Source of the DNA: Myxococcota bacterium
GTDB lineage: Bacteria > Myxococcota_A > Polyangia > Nannocystales > Nannocystaceae
Direction of reading: 5' to 3'
Assembly (NCBI GenBank): GCA_039028615.1
Contig: JBCCHT010000024.1
Span: 96,001 to 160,000, forward strand
Length of the DNA stretch: 64,000 nt
Each line of letters begins with the position of its first letter. Within the stretch, counting starts at the first letter, position 1. The notes beneath the pieces were generated by a model. The model ran no database searches. It saw only the letters and a program-made list of their open reading frames with translations, and had not been told where the DNA came from. The position numbers and the translations under genes were made by a program. This document shows positions 1 to 8,925 of this stretch, piece by piece.

Positions 1-368
1 ACGTTGCTCAGCCGGACGTGGAGCGCGGTGTCGGTGGTGGCGTCTTCGGGAGCCCGGAGCGACAGGGCGAAGCGGCCGGGCGCGGCGATCCGGGCGTGGA
101 TGGTGCCGTCGTCCAGCTCCTCGACCAGCCCGCGCGCGTCCCAGGTGTCGTCGGTGGTCACGTCCGGGTCTTGAAAGCGCAGCTCCGCGCCGGCCGAGCT
201 CTGGAGGCGGGCGTGCACGTTCTCGGCGATGACGCGGCACTCGGCCTCCGCGTAGCTCGGCGAGCTGCAGTGGGGCTGTACGCAGCTTTGGGCGGCGAGC
301 AGCGTCGCTCCGGTGAGCACCAGGCCCGCGGTGCAGGCGATGAGGCGTCGGGGGTAGAGCGGGTGCAT
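1..368 (-). CDS. 5' part of a putative lipoprotein (runs off the window start)
   Basis: ATG at 368-366 overlaps the TGA of the upstream ORF (TGATG). Translation MHPLYPRRLIACTAGLVLTGATLLAAQSCVQPHC... shows a signal peptide with a lipobox-like Cys. Not in the ORF track because it is truncated. Confidence 0.7.
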   Translation of the reverse strand, partial: MHPLYPRRLIACTAGLVLTGATLLAAQSCVQPHCSSPSYAEAECRVIAENVHARLQSSAGAELRFQDPDVTTDDTWDARGLVEELDDGTIHARIAAPGRFALSLRAPEDATTDTALHVRLSN

Positions 369-1888
369 CATCGAGAACTCCGGCGGCGAAGGGTGGGGTC
401 GGGCGCCACGATGCCCAGCTCGAGGCCCAGGGTCGCCCCGCTGCCGAGGCGAGCGAAGGCCCCCAGCTGTGCGGCGACGGGAGAGCCGACCGGACGCAGG
501 CGCGTCTGCCAGCCCACGTGCAGCGGGCCCATGAAGCCGATGACCGGGCCGAGGTTGAAGCCCTGGCCATCGAAGCGACTGTGGATGTAGCCCAGCGACA
601 GCTGCCCGGTGGCGATGATGCTCCGCGTTCGGCCATCGCGGCGAGCGGGGGTCAGGGGCACGTCGATGTCGTACCAGGCCTCGGCGTACAGCGGTCCGAT
701 CTGCGCGCCGCCACGTCGCAGCGCGTTGGAGCCGGGGTCGGAGAACGCCAGGTAGTCGAAGCGGGGCCCGAAGTAGGCGGTGAAGCGCTGGCGAGGAGAC
801 AGGTGCCAGCGAGCGCCCACCGTGAGCGGCAGCAGCATGGTGCGCTCGACGAGGACGCTGTCGGCGGTGCCGGGATCGTAGCGCTCGCGGCGGACCTGCA
901 CCTCCGGGCGAAAGCGCAGCTCGGCCGCGCCGAGTCGAGCCGAGCGCGAGAGGACCGGGTAGGGCAGGTTCACTGCCAAGTCGAAGCCCACGCCGATGCT
1001 GAGGTTGCGCTGGCGCTGCACGCTGGGGGCGGTGCCCTCTTGGCCGGGCGGGACCTCGGTGAACTGCGGGCGGGGGTCGACCTCGCGCTTCGGGTTCAGC
1101 CACCCGCCCACGTGCCCGAACAAGCGCAGGCGCCCGTGGTCTTCGGGCAGGAACAGGTTGGGCGCGACGCGGAGCGACATCGTGTGGGGGCGGCTCTCGT
1201 CGAGCACCAGCGGCCCGCGGTAGTCGTAGGCCAGCGACGCGGTGGACGGGCGCAGACGATCGGGGAGCGTGGCGCCATCGAGTCCCACGCGACCGGCGAG
1301 CGCTCCCGTCACGGCACCGACCCCGGCCAGTCCACCGAGGCCGGCGAGCAGCACGGCGGGGTCACTCTGGGTGAGGCGATCGCCGAGACCGAACATCAGG
1401 CCCGCCGCGATCGCGCCCGAGACCGCGCCGACCGAGAGCAACAGCGCGCGTGCGGGCCGGGCCCGAGTGCAGGGGGTGACGCCCTCGATGCACGCGGCCC
1501 ACCGGGTGCGGCGCTCCGCCGATTTCGAGCGGAACGACGGCGCAGGCTCGGGCGTCGAGGCGGTCTGTGGCTCCGTGGTGACGGGCGTCGATGCGGAGGT
1601 TGCCGGGTCGTCCGACGCTGCGGCCGTGCTTGGGCCGACGGCGAAGGTCGGCGTCCCGGACGGATGGAAGGTCAACGCACGAGGGGCGGGCTCGCTCGCG
1701 CTGACGCTCGCGGGCACCGTGAGCACTCCGACCACGAGCGACCCGAGGGCCGCGCGGAGCCGTGGAGTCCGCACGCGTCGGGAGTCCGCACCCCTACCAC
1801 GCACGCCACTAGCGATATCACGGGCAGCGTCGGCATTTGAAGGACGAAGCTCGGAGCGCGTGGCGTCGTGGTGCAATCTCGCTATCAT
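368..1888 (-). CDS. Secreted/membrane hypothetical protein with a probable C-terminal beta-barrel
   Basis: Signal-like segment (LGSLVVGVLTVPASVSA), Pro/Thr linker, two hydrophobic helices, then alternating aromatic/Gly beta-strand patterns. The true start is probably a GTG near 1770-1805. Confidence 0.65.
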   Translation of the reverse strand: MIARLHHDATRSELRPSNADAARDIASGVRGRGADSRRVRTPRLRAALGSLVVGVLTVPASVSASEPAPRALTFHPSGTPTFAVGPSTAAASDDPATSASTPVTTEPQTASTPEPAPSFRSKSAERRTRWAACIEGVTPCTRARPARALLLSVGAVSGAIAAGLMFGLGDRLTQSDPAVLLAGLGGLAGVGAVTGALAGRVGLDGATLPDRLRPSTASLAYDYRGPLVLDESRPHTMSLRVAPNLFLPEDHGRLRLFGHVGGWLNPKREVDPRPQFTEVPPGQEGTAPSVQRQRNLSIGVGFDLAVNLPYPVLSRSARLGAAELRFRPEVQVRRERYDPGTADSVLVERTMLLPLTVGARWHLSPRQRFTAYFGPRFDYLAFSDPGSNALRRGGAQIGPLYAEAWYDIDVPLTPARRDGRTRSIIATGQLSLGYIHSRFDGQGFNLGPVIGFMGPLHVGWQTRLRPVGSPVAAQLGAFARLGSGATLGLELGIVAPDPTLRRRSSR

Positions 1889-1899
1889 TTGAGACCGAG

Positions 1900-2478
1900 A
1901 TGCTCGACCTGAAAGCCAAGCTCGCCGCAGCCGGTCTGGTCACCAAGAAAGACGTTGCGCGGGCCGAGAAGGCCAAGCAAGGCGGTAAGCGCAAGAAGAA
2001 GCGCGGTGGCCGAGGCGGAGGCAAGGGCGACGGTGGCCCCTCGCGGCTGCGGATCAAGCAGCTCCGCGACAAGCCCAAGGGCGAGCAGTACGACGCCGTG
2101 CGCCGCTTCATCGAGCGGGTGCGCCTCGAAGACCCGGGGCGCCTGCCCACCGAAGCGGCCAAGCCCTTCCACTTCACCACCGCCAAGGGCCAGATCGGCC
2201 GCATGGTGCTCGAGCCCGAGGTTTACGGCTGGGTCACCGAGGGCGGGGCGGGGATCGTGGCGTTCATGTCCAACCACGGTTTGGCCCATGCGGCCGTGCC
2301 GGCCGCCGCGGCCCGGGACTTGGCCGAGCTGTTTCCCCTGTGGCTCCGCGTGCTCAAGGGGCACTCCGGGGCGGGGCAGCTCGAGCAGCCACCCGAGCCC
2401 GAGCCCGAAAACCGCACTGCAACAACCGCCGAGGATGCGGCGCCGTCGAGCCCCGCCGGGTCCTCCGACAACGACTGA
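1900..2478 (+). CDS. DUF2058-like basic hypothetical protein
   Basis: MLDLKAKLAAAGLVTKK start, Lys/Arg-rich stretch and FHFTTAKGQIGRMVL resemble the DUF2058/YaiL pattern. TATCAT at 1883-1888 lies upstream. Confidence 0.6.
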   Translation: MLDLKAKLAAAGLVTKKDVARAEKAKQGGKRKKKRGGRGGGKGDGGPSRLRIKQLRDKPKGEQYDAVRRFIERVRLEDPGRLPTEAAKPFHFTTAKGQIGRMVLEPEVYGWVTEGGAGIVAFMSNHGLAHAAVPAAAARDLAELFPLWLRVLKGHSGAGQLEQPPEPEPENRTATTAEDAAPSSPAGSSDND

Positions 2479-2482
2479 GCGT

Positions 2483-3433
2483 TCACGCCGGGTCGGTCGC
2501 TTGCGCCGCCCCGTGCCGCGTGGGCATGGCCAATGCGGCAAAGTGCTCGCGCACGTGAGCGACGAAGGCCCGCACGGCGGGGGCGAGGAAGCGCCCGGCC
2601 GGGTGTGTCACCCAGATCGGCACCGAGGCGGGGGCGATGCCGGGCAATACGACCTGAAGCTCGCCGCTGGCCAGGGCATCGTGGCAGACCAGCTCGGGCA
2701 GCACGGCCAGCCCCATCCCCGCGCGCGCGGCATCCCGGATCGCCGTCATGTGGTTGATCGCGATGCGTCCGTGGACCGGCACCGTCACCGGGCCGTCGGG
2801 GCCAGGCAGGGTCCAAGCGGCGGCGGACGACGTCGCCCCGAAGATCACACAGTCGTGGTCCGACAGCGCGTCGATGTCCTCGGGCGTGCCCCGTCGCTCG
2901 AGGTAGGCGGGACTGGCCACGATGTTGAAGGCCGAGTCCATCAGTTTGTGCGCCACCACGGACATGCTCGCCAGGGGGCCCGTGCTGATCGCGACGTCGA
3001 AGCCCTCCTCGATGATGTTCACGCTGCGACCGGTCAGCTCCATGTCGACGCGGACCTCGGGGAAGCGCTCGAGGAAGGGCATGATGACCCGCGTGGACAC
3101 CGTGTGCTCGACCGGGGCGGTGGCTCGCACCCGCCCCTTGGGGTTGGTCTGGGCGTCGGCGAGCATGTTCTCCGCCTCCTCGAGCTGGGCGAAGAAGCCG
3201 GTGCCGCGTTCGAAATACAGCTGGCCCGAGTCGGTGAGGCTGAGCTTGCGGGTCGTTCGCTGCAGCAGCCGCACGCCCAGCTGCTCCTCGAGCCGAGCCA
3301 CCCGGCGACTCACCGTCGAGGTGGGCACCTGCAGAGCGCGCCCTGCGGCCGTGAAGCTCCCCGAACGAACGACCTGCAAGAAGATGAGCACGTCATTGAG
3401 ATCGCGGTCGATCGACACGGCCATGGGACTCAT
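2483..3433 (-). CDS. LysR family transcriptional regulator (CrgA/DmlR-like)
   Basis: N-terminal HTH GSFTAAGRALQVPTSTVSRRVARLEEQLGVRLLQRTTRKLSLT; IIEEGFDVAI; ASPAYL. Confidence 0.95.
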   Translation of the reverse strand: MSPMAVSIDRDLNDVLIFLQVVRSGSFTAAGRALQVPTSTVSRRVARLEEQLGVRLLQRTTRKLSLTDSGQLYFERGTGFFAQLEEAENMLADAQTNPKGRVRATAPVEHTVSTRVIMPFLERFPEVRVDMELTGRSVNIIEEGFDVAISTGPLASMSVVAHKLMDSAFNIVASPAYLERRGTPEDIDALSDHDCVIFGATSSAAAWTLPGPDGPVTVPVHGRIAINHMTAIRDAARAGMGLAVLPELVCHDALASGELQVVLPGIAPASVPIWVTHPAGRFLAPAVRAFVAHVREHFAALAMPTRHGAAQATDPA

Positions 3434-3527
3434 CTCGCCCCATTTTCCGGGTCGGCGGCAAGGCCCCGGCCACGATCGCCTCGTGGCTCGGGAGAAGTCG
3501 CCGGCAAAGCGGCTACCAACGGGGCCG

Positions 3528-5060
3528 CTAGAGGCACTCGGCGTAGAGCGGGCCGACGCAGGCGTCGGTCTGCGACAGCGTGGTCGAGCCGAAGTACCCC
3601 GAGGTGAAGGTCGTGTCCGTGACGTTGAAGCTGGCCATTTCTGCCTTGTCCCCGTCGCGGACCACAGTGACGGCCGTGCCCGAGTCGGTGAAGTCGAGGG
3701 TCACCGTATAGGACTCGCCCTCTTCCCAGCCGTCGGTGGTGGTGTCGGCGGGGCCGAGGAGGACCTCGGACTGCTCGGTGTCGATGTCGCAGTACACGTC
3801 ACCGCCGACCAGGTCGTCGAAGGTCGCCGCTTCGACCCGCTTGACCGTGATCCCGCCCGGGATGTCGCAGCCGAAGTTCGTCTGCGTGCCCGCCTTCCAG
3901 CTCAGCGAATAGAAGTGCGAGCTGTCCTGAGCGCCCCAGACGAGGCCGATCATGTCGTTGTCGTTGTTGTCGTCGAGGACCTCGAGGGTGCCGCGTAGCC
4001 GCAGGTTGCCGACCTCCACCGTCTCGCACAGGTGCAGGCCGAAGTCGTTGTTGCCCAGCTCGCACGCCCGGGTGCCGCCCATGTCGTAGGTGATGGACGG
4101 GGGCGGGTACGCGTCGGAGAAGTCCGCACCGTACAAGGTGCAGTTGGTCTCGAGGTTGAGGGGAGCCGAGCTCACGACCAGGGCGCTGTCCTGGGCGGTG
4201 GTCTGCCCGTCGTCGACGGTGACGGTGTAGTTGCCGATCCCGCTGGGGCTCGCCTCGGTCATCGCCTGGTCGGGAGTGGCGAGCGACCCGTCGTCGGGCG
4301 TCCACGCGTAGGAATAGGTCCCCGTGCCGCCCGAGGCGGTGGCGACCAAGGTCACCGGATCCTTCGAGAAGTTGGCGCACTCGGGCGCGGCCTCGACGGT
4401 GAGGTAGTCGTTGCAGACCCCCGCGTCGCAGCCCATCGATAGACAGTCGCCTCCCACCACGCAGCCCTCGCCGGGCTCGCAGGTCGCTCCGCAGGGGCCA
4501 CCGCAGTCGACGTCGGTCTCGCCGCCATTGACCTCGCCGTCGCGGCAGCTGGGGGCGATGCACGTGTCGGTTCGGGAATCGCACGCCTGCGAGATGCAGT
4601 CGCCGTCCTCCAGGCAATCGTCGCCGTCGTCACAGCCGTCGCACTGCGGACCGCCGCAGTCGACGTCGGTCTCGCTGCCGTCCATCACGCCGTTGTTGCA
4701 GTCGCCGGGCTCTTCACAGGTGCCATTGCCCGCGCACGCGTTCGATTGGCAGTCGTCGGCGTCCATGCACCCCTCGCCGCCGCCGCACTTGTCCTGACAC
4801 GAGCCGCCGCAGTCGACGTCGGTCTCGTCCCCGTTCTGCACGCCGTCGTTGCAGCTGCCCGCGCCTCCGCTGCCGTCGTCGGCAGTGCCGGCGGTTGCAT
4901 CGTCGTTGCCTTCGGTGCCGCTGCCTCCGCCCGCTCCGGGGCAGACGCCTTCGACGACCTGGCCGAGCCCATCATCGAGGCACGGATCCGCACAGCCCGT
5001 GCTCGAACCCATCGCCAACACACTCGAGACCAAGATCGTCCGCTCTAGTCGCATATCCAA
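3528..5060 (-). CDS. Cys-rich repeat lipoprotein with a thrombospondin C-terminal-like domain
   Basis: Lipobox STGC; three CxxGxxxGxETDVDCGG repeats; Ig/PKD-like segment (GGTGTYSYAW); C-terminal DNNDNDMIGLVWGAQDSSHFYSLSWK. Confidence 0.85.
   Translation of the reverse strand: MDMRLERTILVSSVLAMGSSTGCADPCLDDGLGQVVEGVCPGAGGGSGTEGNDDATAGTADDGSGGAGSCNDGVQNGDETDVDCGGSCQDKCGGGEGCMDADDCQSNACAGNGTCEEPGDCNNGVMDGSETDVDCGGPQCDGCDDGDDCLEDGDCISQACDSRTDTCIAPSCRDGEVNGGETDVDCGGPCGATCEPGEGCVVGGDCLSMGCDAGVCNDYLTVEAAPECANFSKDPVTLVATASGGTGTYSYAWTPDDGSLATPDQAMTEASPSGIGNYTVTVDDGQTTAQDSALVVSSAPLNLETNCTLYGADFSDAYPPPSITYDMGGTRACELGNNDFGLHLCETVEVGNLRLRGTLEVLDDNNDNDMIGLVWGAQDSSHFYSLSWKAGTQTNFGCDIPGGITVKRVEAATFDDLVGGDVYCDIDTEQSEVLLGPADTTTDGWEEGESYTVTLDFTDSGTAVTVVRDGDKAEMASFNVTDTTFTSGYFGSTTLSQTDACVGPLYAECL
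4498..4853 (-). repeat. Three intragenic Cys-rich repeats with a 153-nt period
   Basis: cc(g/a)ccgcagtcgacgtcggtctcg recurs at 4498, 4651 and 4804 (encoding ETDVDCGG). Confidence 0.9.
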
Positions 5061-5341
5061 ACTTCCCCATCCAAAAGGCCAGTTTCACTGTACGACGGTT
5101 CGACGCGCGCTCGGTTTGGTGTCCGCATGACGTACCGAACCGGAATTACGTCGACCAAAGACCATCGCTTTGTCAGCTCTTTTGGCTGCGGTCGATCGGC
5201 GAGTCGGTGAAACACTCGCGGGTCGATTGCGCTGGGCCCGGCACGAGTGCCGTTTTGGATCCCCATGCTGCGGTGGATCGACTCCGCGCCGTCCGTCGAT
5301 CGATCGCGCGCACGAGCGCGTGAACAGTCGTAGGCGGGGTA

Positions 5342-5359
5342 TGGCGACAGTTGTCGCCA
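5342..5359. promoter_or_regulatory. Intergenic palindrome, possible operator
   Basis: TGGCGACA-GT-TGTCGCCA, perfect 8-bp arms, in the divergent 5060-5450 intergenic region. Confidence 0.35.
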
Positions 5360-5449
5360 CCCCCGGCGCCTGGAGGCCATCGAACTCGCCAACACCCCGG
5401 AACTACGTCGGTCGGCAACTGGTCCGCCGTTTGCCTCACCCAGCCGCCC

Positions 5450-6658
5450 ATGTTTTTCGATGTGCGACGTTCCACTACATTTCGATCCGCCTTCGTCGCG
5501 GCCCTCTTGCTCGGCGCGTGCGATCCGTCGGTGACGCCCGAGATCGAGCCGACCGAGACCGCCTTTCGGACCTTCGCCGACGGCACCCCCGAAGCCATCG
5601 GAGTCCTGGCGCTCGTCAACGATCCCTCGGTCACCAAGCACGAGCTCGATGTCGACGCGGCCCTCGATCGGCGCGCGGCGGAGAGCATCACCGAGTATCG
5701 CGCGGGCAACGATGGCGTCTATGAAGGCGGCCTCGGAGACGACCGCCTCTTCGTGACCATCGGCCAGGTCGACGACCAATACTACGTCGGCCCCGTCGCG
5801 CTCAGCCGCCTGCTCGACTATGCGACCACCCAGGGTTATGTGCCCTCGGGCACCGACCTGCTCGGTACCTGGGATGACGTGGCGTTCACGGTCGACGAGG
5901 CCGAAGACGCGCTGCGCTGGGTCAACCAATCCACCGAGGCGCAGCTCGACGCGGTGCTCGATTCCCGCGCCGTCGACAGCATCCTCGACGCGCGCGCCAT
6001 CGTCTCGATCCAGCAGCTGTCCGGCCTGTACTACGTGGGCCCGGCCGCGATGTTCGACATTCGCGAGGAAGGCCGCGCCATCGCCGAGCCCATGCCCTGC
6101 ATCTCGAACGCGGAGTGCCCCGGCATTTTGTCGTGCGTGGGCGTGCCCGACGAGGACGGCTTCTCCCGCTGCCAGGCTTCGCAGGGCATCCCCGGCCAAG
6201 GCCTGTCGTGCACCGCGCTGGGCGATTGCGCCGAGGACCTGGTCTGCTCGGGCTTCACCATCTTCGGCACGGGCGAGTGCCGCCCCGCGTGGATGGCCCA
6301 CGACTTCACCAGCGAGCCCGGCGTGGCCATCGGCGCCGCGGGGACGACCACCGATTTCACCGTCGACGTGGCCGGCCTCGCCAGCGTGCCCGAGGACATC
6401 ATCGTGACCGTGGACTTGCAGGGGGTGGACCCGGCCGGGCTACGACTCGTGCTCGCTGACCCCCAGGGCACGCTCTCGCCGCTGTGGGACGGCCCCGCCG
6501 CGGGCGGAGCCCCGATTCCGAGCGAGCTGCTGGCGCTCGAGGGCATCTCCCGCGACGACAACGTCAACGGCACCTGGACCCTCCACGTCGAGAACGTCGG
6601 CTCGCCCGCGGGCACGTTGGCGATGTGGAACCTGTACCTCAGCTCGCGTTTCGACTGA
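5450..6658 (+). CDS. Lipoprotein with two ComEA-like helix-hairpin-helix regions and a C-terminal proprotein-convertase P-like domain
   Basis: Lipobox LLGAC; duplicated LD.RA..SI...YYVGP motifs; Cys-rich linker; C-terminal LRLVLADPQG...VNGTWTLHVEN...GTLAMWNL. Confidence 0.8.
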   Translation: MFFDVRRSTTFRSAFVAALLLGACDPSVTPEIEPTETAFRTFADGTPEAIGVLALVNDPSVTKHELDVDAALDRRAAESITEYRAGNDGVYEGGLGDDRLFVTIGQVDDQYYVGPVALSRLLDYATTQGYVPSGTDLLGTWDDVAFTVDEAEDALRWVNQSTEAQLDAVLDSRAVDSILDARAIVSIQQLSGLYYVGPAAMFDIREEGRAIAEPMPCISNAECPGILSCVGVPDEDGFSRCQASQGIPGQGLSCTALGDCAEDLVCSGFTIFGTGECRPAWMAHDFTSEPGVAIGAAGTTTDFTVDVAGLASVPEDIIVTVDLQGVDPAGLRLVLADPQGTLSPLWDGPAAGGAPIPSELLALEGISRDDNVNGTWTLHVENVGSPAGTLAMWNLYLSSRFD

Positions 6659-6686
6659 GCGACAGGGCGGGGGAGCATCGCGGGGC

Positions 6687-7673
6687 TCAGGCGGCGCGGT
6701 GCTCGATGTCGATGATCAGGTTGCCCTTCTTGCGACCCGAGCCCACGTAGCGATGCGCCTTTGCGATCTCGCTCAAGGGGTAGCGTGAGTCGATGACCAC
6801 GCGGAGCCGGCCGGCCTCGACGAGCCCTTTGAGGTACTCGAGGTCGGCCGCTTTGTCTGCGGCCGAGCGCAGGCCGGTCGGGGCGAAGATTGCCCGCTTG
6901 CCGCCGAGCAGCTTGGTCCACAGCGTCATGAACAGCGCGCCCGCGGTGAGCACCGTGGTCAGGTAGGCCCCCGACGGCTTTAGTACTCGTTTGCTGCTAG
7001 CAAACGAGCTCTTGCCCACGGTGTCGAACACCACGTCGTAGCGCTGGTCGCCGCGGGTGAAGTCTTGCGCGGTGTAGTCGACGACGCGGTCGGCCCTCAG
7101 GGACTTCACCAGCTCGACGTTGGCCGTGCTGCAGACCCCGGTGACGTGGGCACCGAGCTCCTTGGCGAGCTGTACGGCCACGGTGCCGATGGAGCCCGAG
7201 GCCCCGATGATGAGCACCTCGTCGCCGGGGCGGACGTTGGCGTGGTCTCGCAAGAAGGGCAGGGCGGTCAGGGCCCCGTTGGACATGCCCGCGCCCTGGG
7301 CCATGCTCATGGCGTCGGGCAAGGTGGTCACGGCACCCTGCTCGGAGAGGCAGACGTACTCGGCGTGCGTGCCGAAGCCCTCGTCGCTGGCTCCGAAGAT
7401 GCGGTCGCCGACGCGAAACCGAGTGACGCCCGGTCCGATGGCTTCGACTTGCCCCGCGAACTCGGTGCCCAGCACGGTGCGCTTGGGTCGAGTGAGGCCT
7501 GTATAGAGCCTCGCGACCACCGGGTTGCCCGCCCGAAACTCACAGTCGACCAGGGTCACCGTGGTGGCCTCGACACGGACCCGCACCTGGCCCGCAGCCG
7601 GAGTCGGCGTTTCCACCTCGCGCAGCTCCAGGATGTCTGGACTCCCGTATTCCTCGTAGACGACGGCCTTCAT
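6687..7673 (-). CDS. NAD(P)-dependent MDR-family oxidoreductase (quinone-reductase/alcohol-dehydrogenase-like)
   Basis: MKAVVYEEYGSP; LGTEFAG; IIGASGSIG; YDVVFDTVG; VIDSRYPL...GRKKGNLII. Confidence 0.95.
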   Translation of the reverse strand: MKAVVYEEYGSPDILELREVETPTPAAGQVRVRVEATTVTLVDCEFRAGNPVVARLYTGLTRPKRTVLGTEFAGQVEAIGPGVTRFRVGDRIFGASDEGFGTHAEYVCLSEQGAVTTLPDAMSMAQGAGMSNGALTALPFLRDHANVRPGDEVLIIGASGSIGTVAVQLAKELGAHVTGVCSTANVELVKSLRADRVVDYTAQDFTRGDQRYDVVFDTVGKSSFASSKRVLKPSGAYLTTVLTAGALFMTLWTKLLGGKRAIFAPTGLRSAADKAADLEYLKGLVEAGRLRVVIDSRYPLSEIAKAHRYVGSGRKKGNLIIDIEHRAA

Positions 7674-7731
7674 GCCGTTGGGGTATAGCCAGGCGAATGG
7701 ATGGCGGCCTCGGCGAAAAGTGAGGGCCAGT

Positions 7732-7747
7732 CATGCAAATTCGCATG
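7732..7747. promoter_or_regulatory. Palindromic operator upstream of the MDR oxidoreductase
   Basis: CATGCAAATTCGCATG, a 16-bp palindrome with one mismatch, 58 nt upstream of the ATG at 7673. Confidence 0.45.
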
Positions 7748-7794
7748 CACGCGTCCGCGGAACGGGCGCGCGCCTCTGGGGAGGGTGCTGGGGC

Positions 7795-8298
7795 TCAGCG
7801 AGGTGCGCCGTCTTCGGGCCAGGACGGCAGCTCGTCGTAGTTGTCCGGGCACTTGGCGACCAGCGAGTCACCGCGAAGGGTCCGGCCGTCGTCCGACAGC
7901 GTGCCGGTCACGATGGTCTCCAGCCGCTCCTGAAAGCGGTCGGGCATCGTCCCCGCGTACTCCACCGTCAGCTCGGCCCGGCCGCGAACCACCACGAAAC
8001 GAAGCCCCGCGGGCGCTTTGCGTTGCGCGATGGAGCCGGGCTTGACCCAGCCGTGGACCCGCAGCGTCTTGCCGCGCTGGGCGGGACCGAGCTCGTCGAC
8101 CTCGTGGTACTCGAGAACCGACGGCTCGTCGCTCAGCAGCCCTTCCACGAGTGAACTGCCCGCCCGGCGACGGTCCTCGTCCGAGGTGGGCCCGCCATTG
8201 CTCGAGGTGCAGGCCGACAAGGGCAGCGCGGCCAAGGTTACGCCGCCGAGGATGCTCCGCGTACGCGATCGGCCTCGTCTACCCTGCTCCACGCCCAT
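7795..8298 (-). CDS. ccmE: Cytochrome c maturation heme chaperone CcmE, CxxxY variant
   Basis: LRVHGWVKPGSI...LTVEYAGTMPDRFQE...IVTG...LVAKCPDNY. This is the CcmE pattern with Cys replacing the heme-binding His. Confidence 0.85.
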   Translation of the reverse strand: MGVEQGRRGRSRTRSILGGVTLAALPLSACTSSNGGPTSDEDRRRAGSSLVEGLLSDEPSVLEYHEVDELGPAQRGKTLRVHGWVKPGSIAQRKAPAGLRFVVVRGRAELTVEYAGTMPDRFQERLETIVTGTLSDDGRTLRGDSLVAKCPDNYDELPSWPEDGAPR

Positions 8299-8327
8299 TC
8301 GCGATCAAGATACCACGTGCGCCCGGC

Positions 8328-8855
8328 TCACCGTTTGGCGCGACGTCGGCTCGGGGCTCGCTTGGTCGTTCGTCGCCGCGGCTTGGGCTCGACCTCGGGC
8401 TCGTCCGCGACGTGCAGGCCACAGTGGGTGTGCTCGTAGATGAGCGACGTCTCGAGGTGGGCGACCTCGGGGCGCGAGGTGAGCTGGTCGAAGGCGAAGT
8501 CCCGCAGGTGGGTCGTGTCGCGAACGGCCACGTGAATCAGGAAGTCGGCCGCACCACCCACGTGGTACATGGCCACGACTTCGGGTCGCTCGACCAAGTG
8601 GTTGCGCAGGGCCTCGAGGGTCTCCCGGGCATGTTGGCCGAGCCGGATGGCGACCATCGCCTGGAGCCCGATGCCCACCGCGTGGGGATCGATGTCCGCA
8701 TGCACGCCTCGGATGACGCCCGAGCTCTGCAATCGCCGAACGCGTTCCAGGCACGAGGACGGGGCCAGACCGACGCGTGCCGCCAATTCCTTGTTGCTGA
8801 GCCGAGCATTGTTTTGCAGGGCGCTGACGAGAGAACGATCGATTCGGTCCAGCAC
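8328..8855 (-). CDS. Lrp/AsnC family transcriptional regulator
   Basis: LDRIDRSLVSALQNNARLSNKELAARVGLAPSSCLERVRRL. Divergent from the methionine gamma-lyase across an AT-rich spacer. Confidence 0.95.
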   Translation of the reverse strand: MLDRIDRSLVSALQNNARLSNKELAARVGLAPSSCLERVRRLQSSGVIRGVHADIDPHAVGIGLQAMVAIRLGQHARETLEALRNHLVERPEVVAMYHVGGAADFLIHVAVRDTTHLRDFAFDQLTSRPEVAHLETSLIYEHTHCGLHVADEPEVEPKPRRRTTKRAPSRRRAKR

Positions 8856-8925
8856 TGGATATGGCCTGTGGTTCCGCAGTTAATTCGGTTGAAGCTACAC
8901 TGTATCGCATTGAATACTGAAAATT

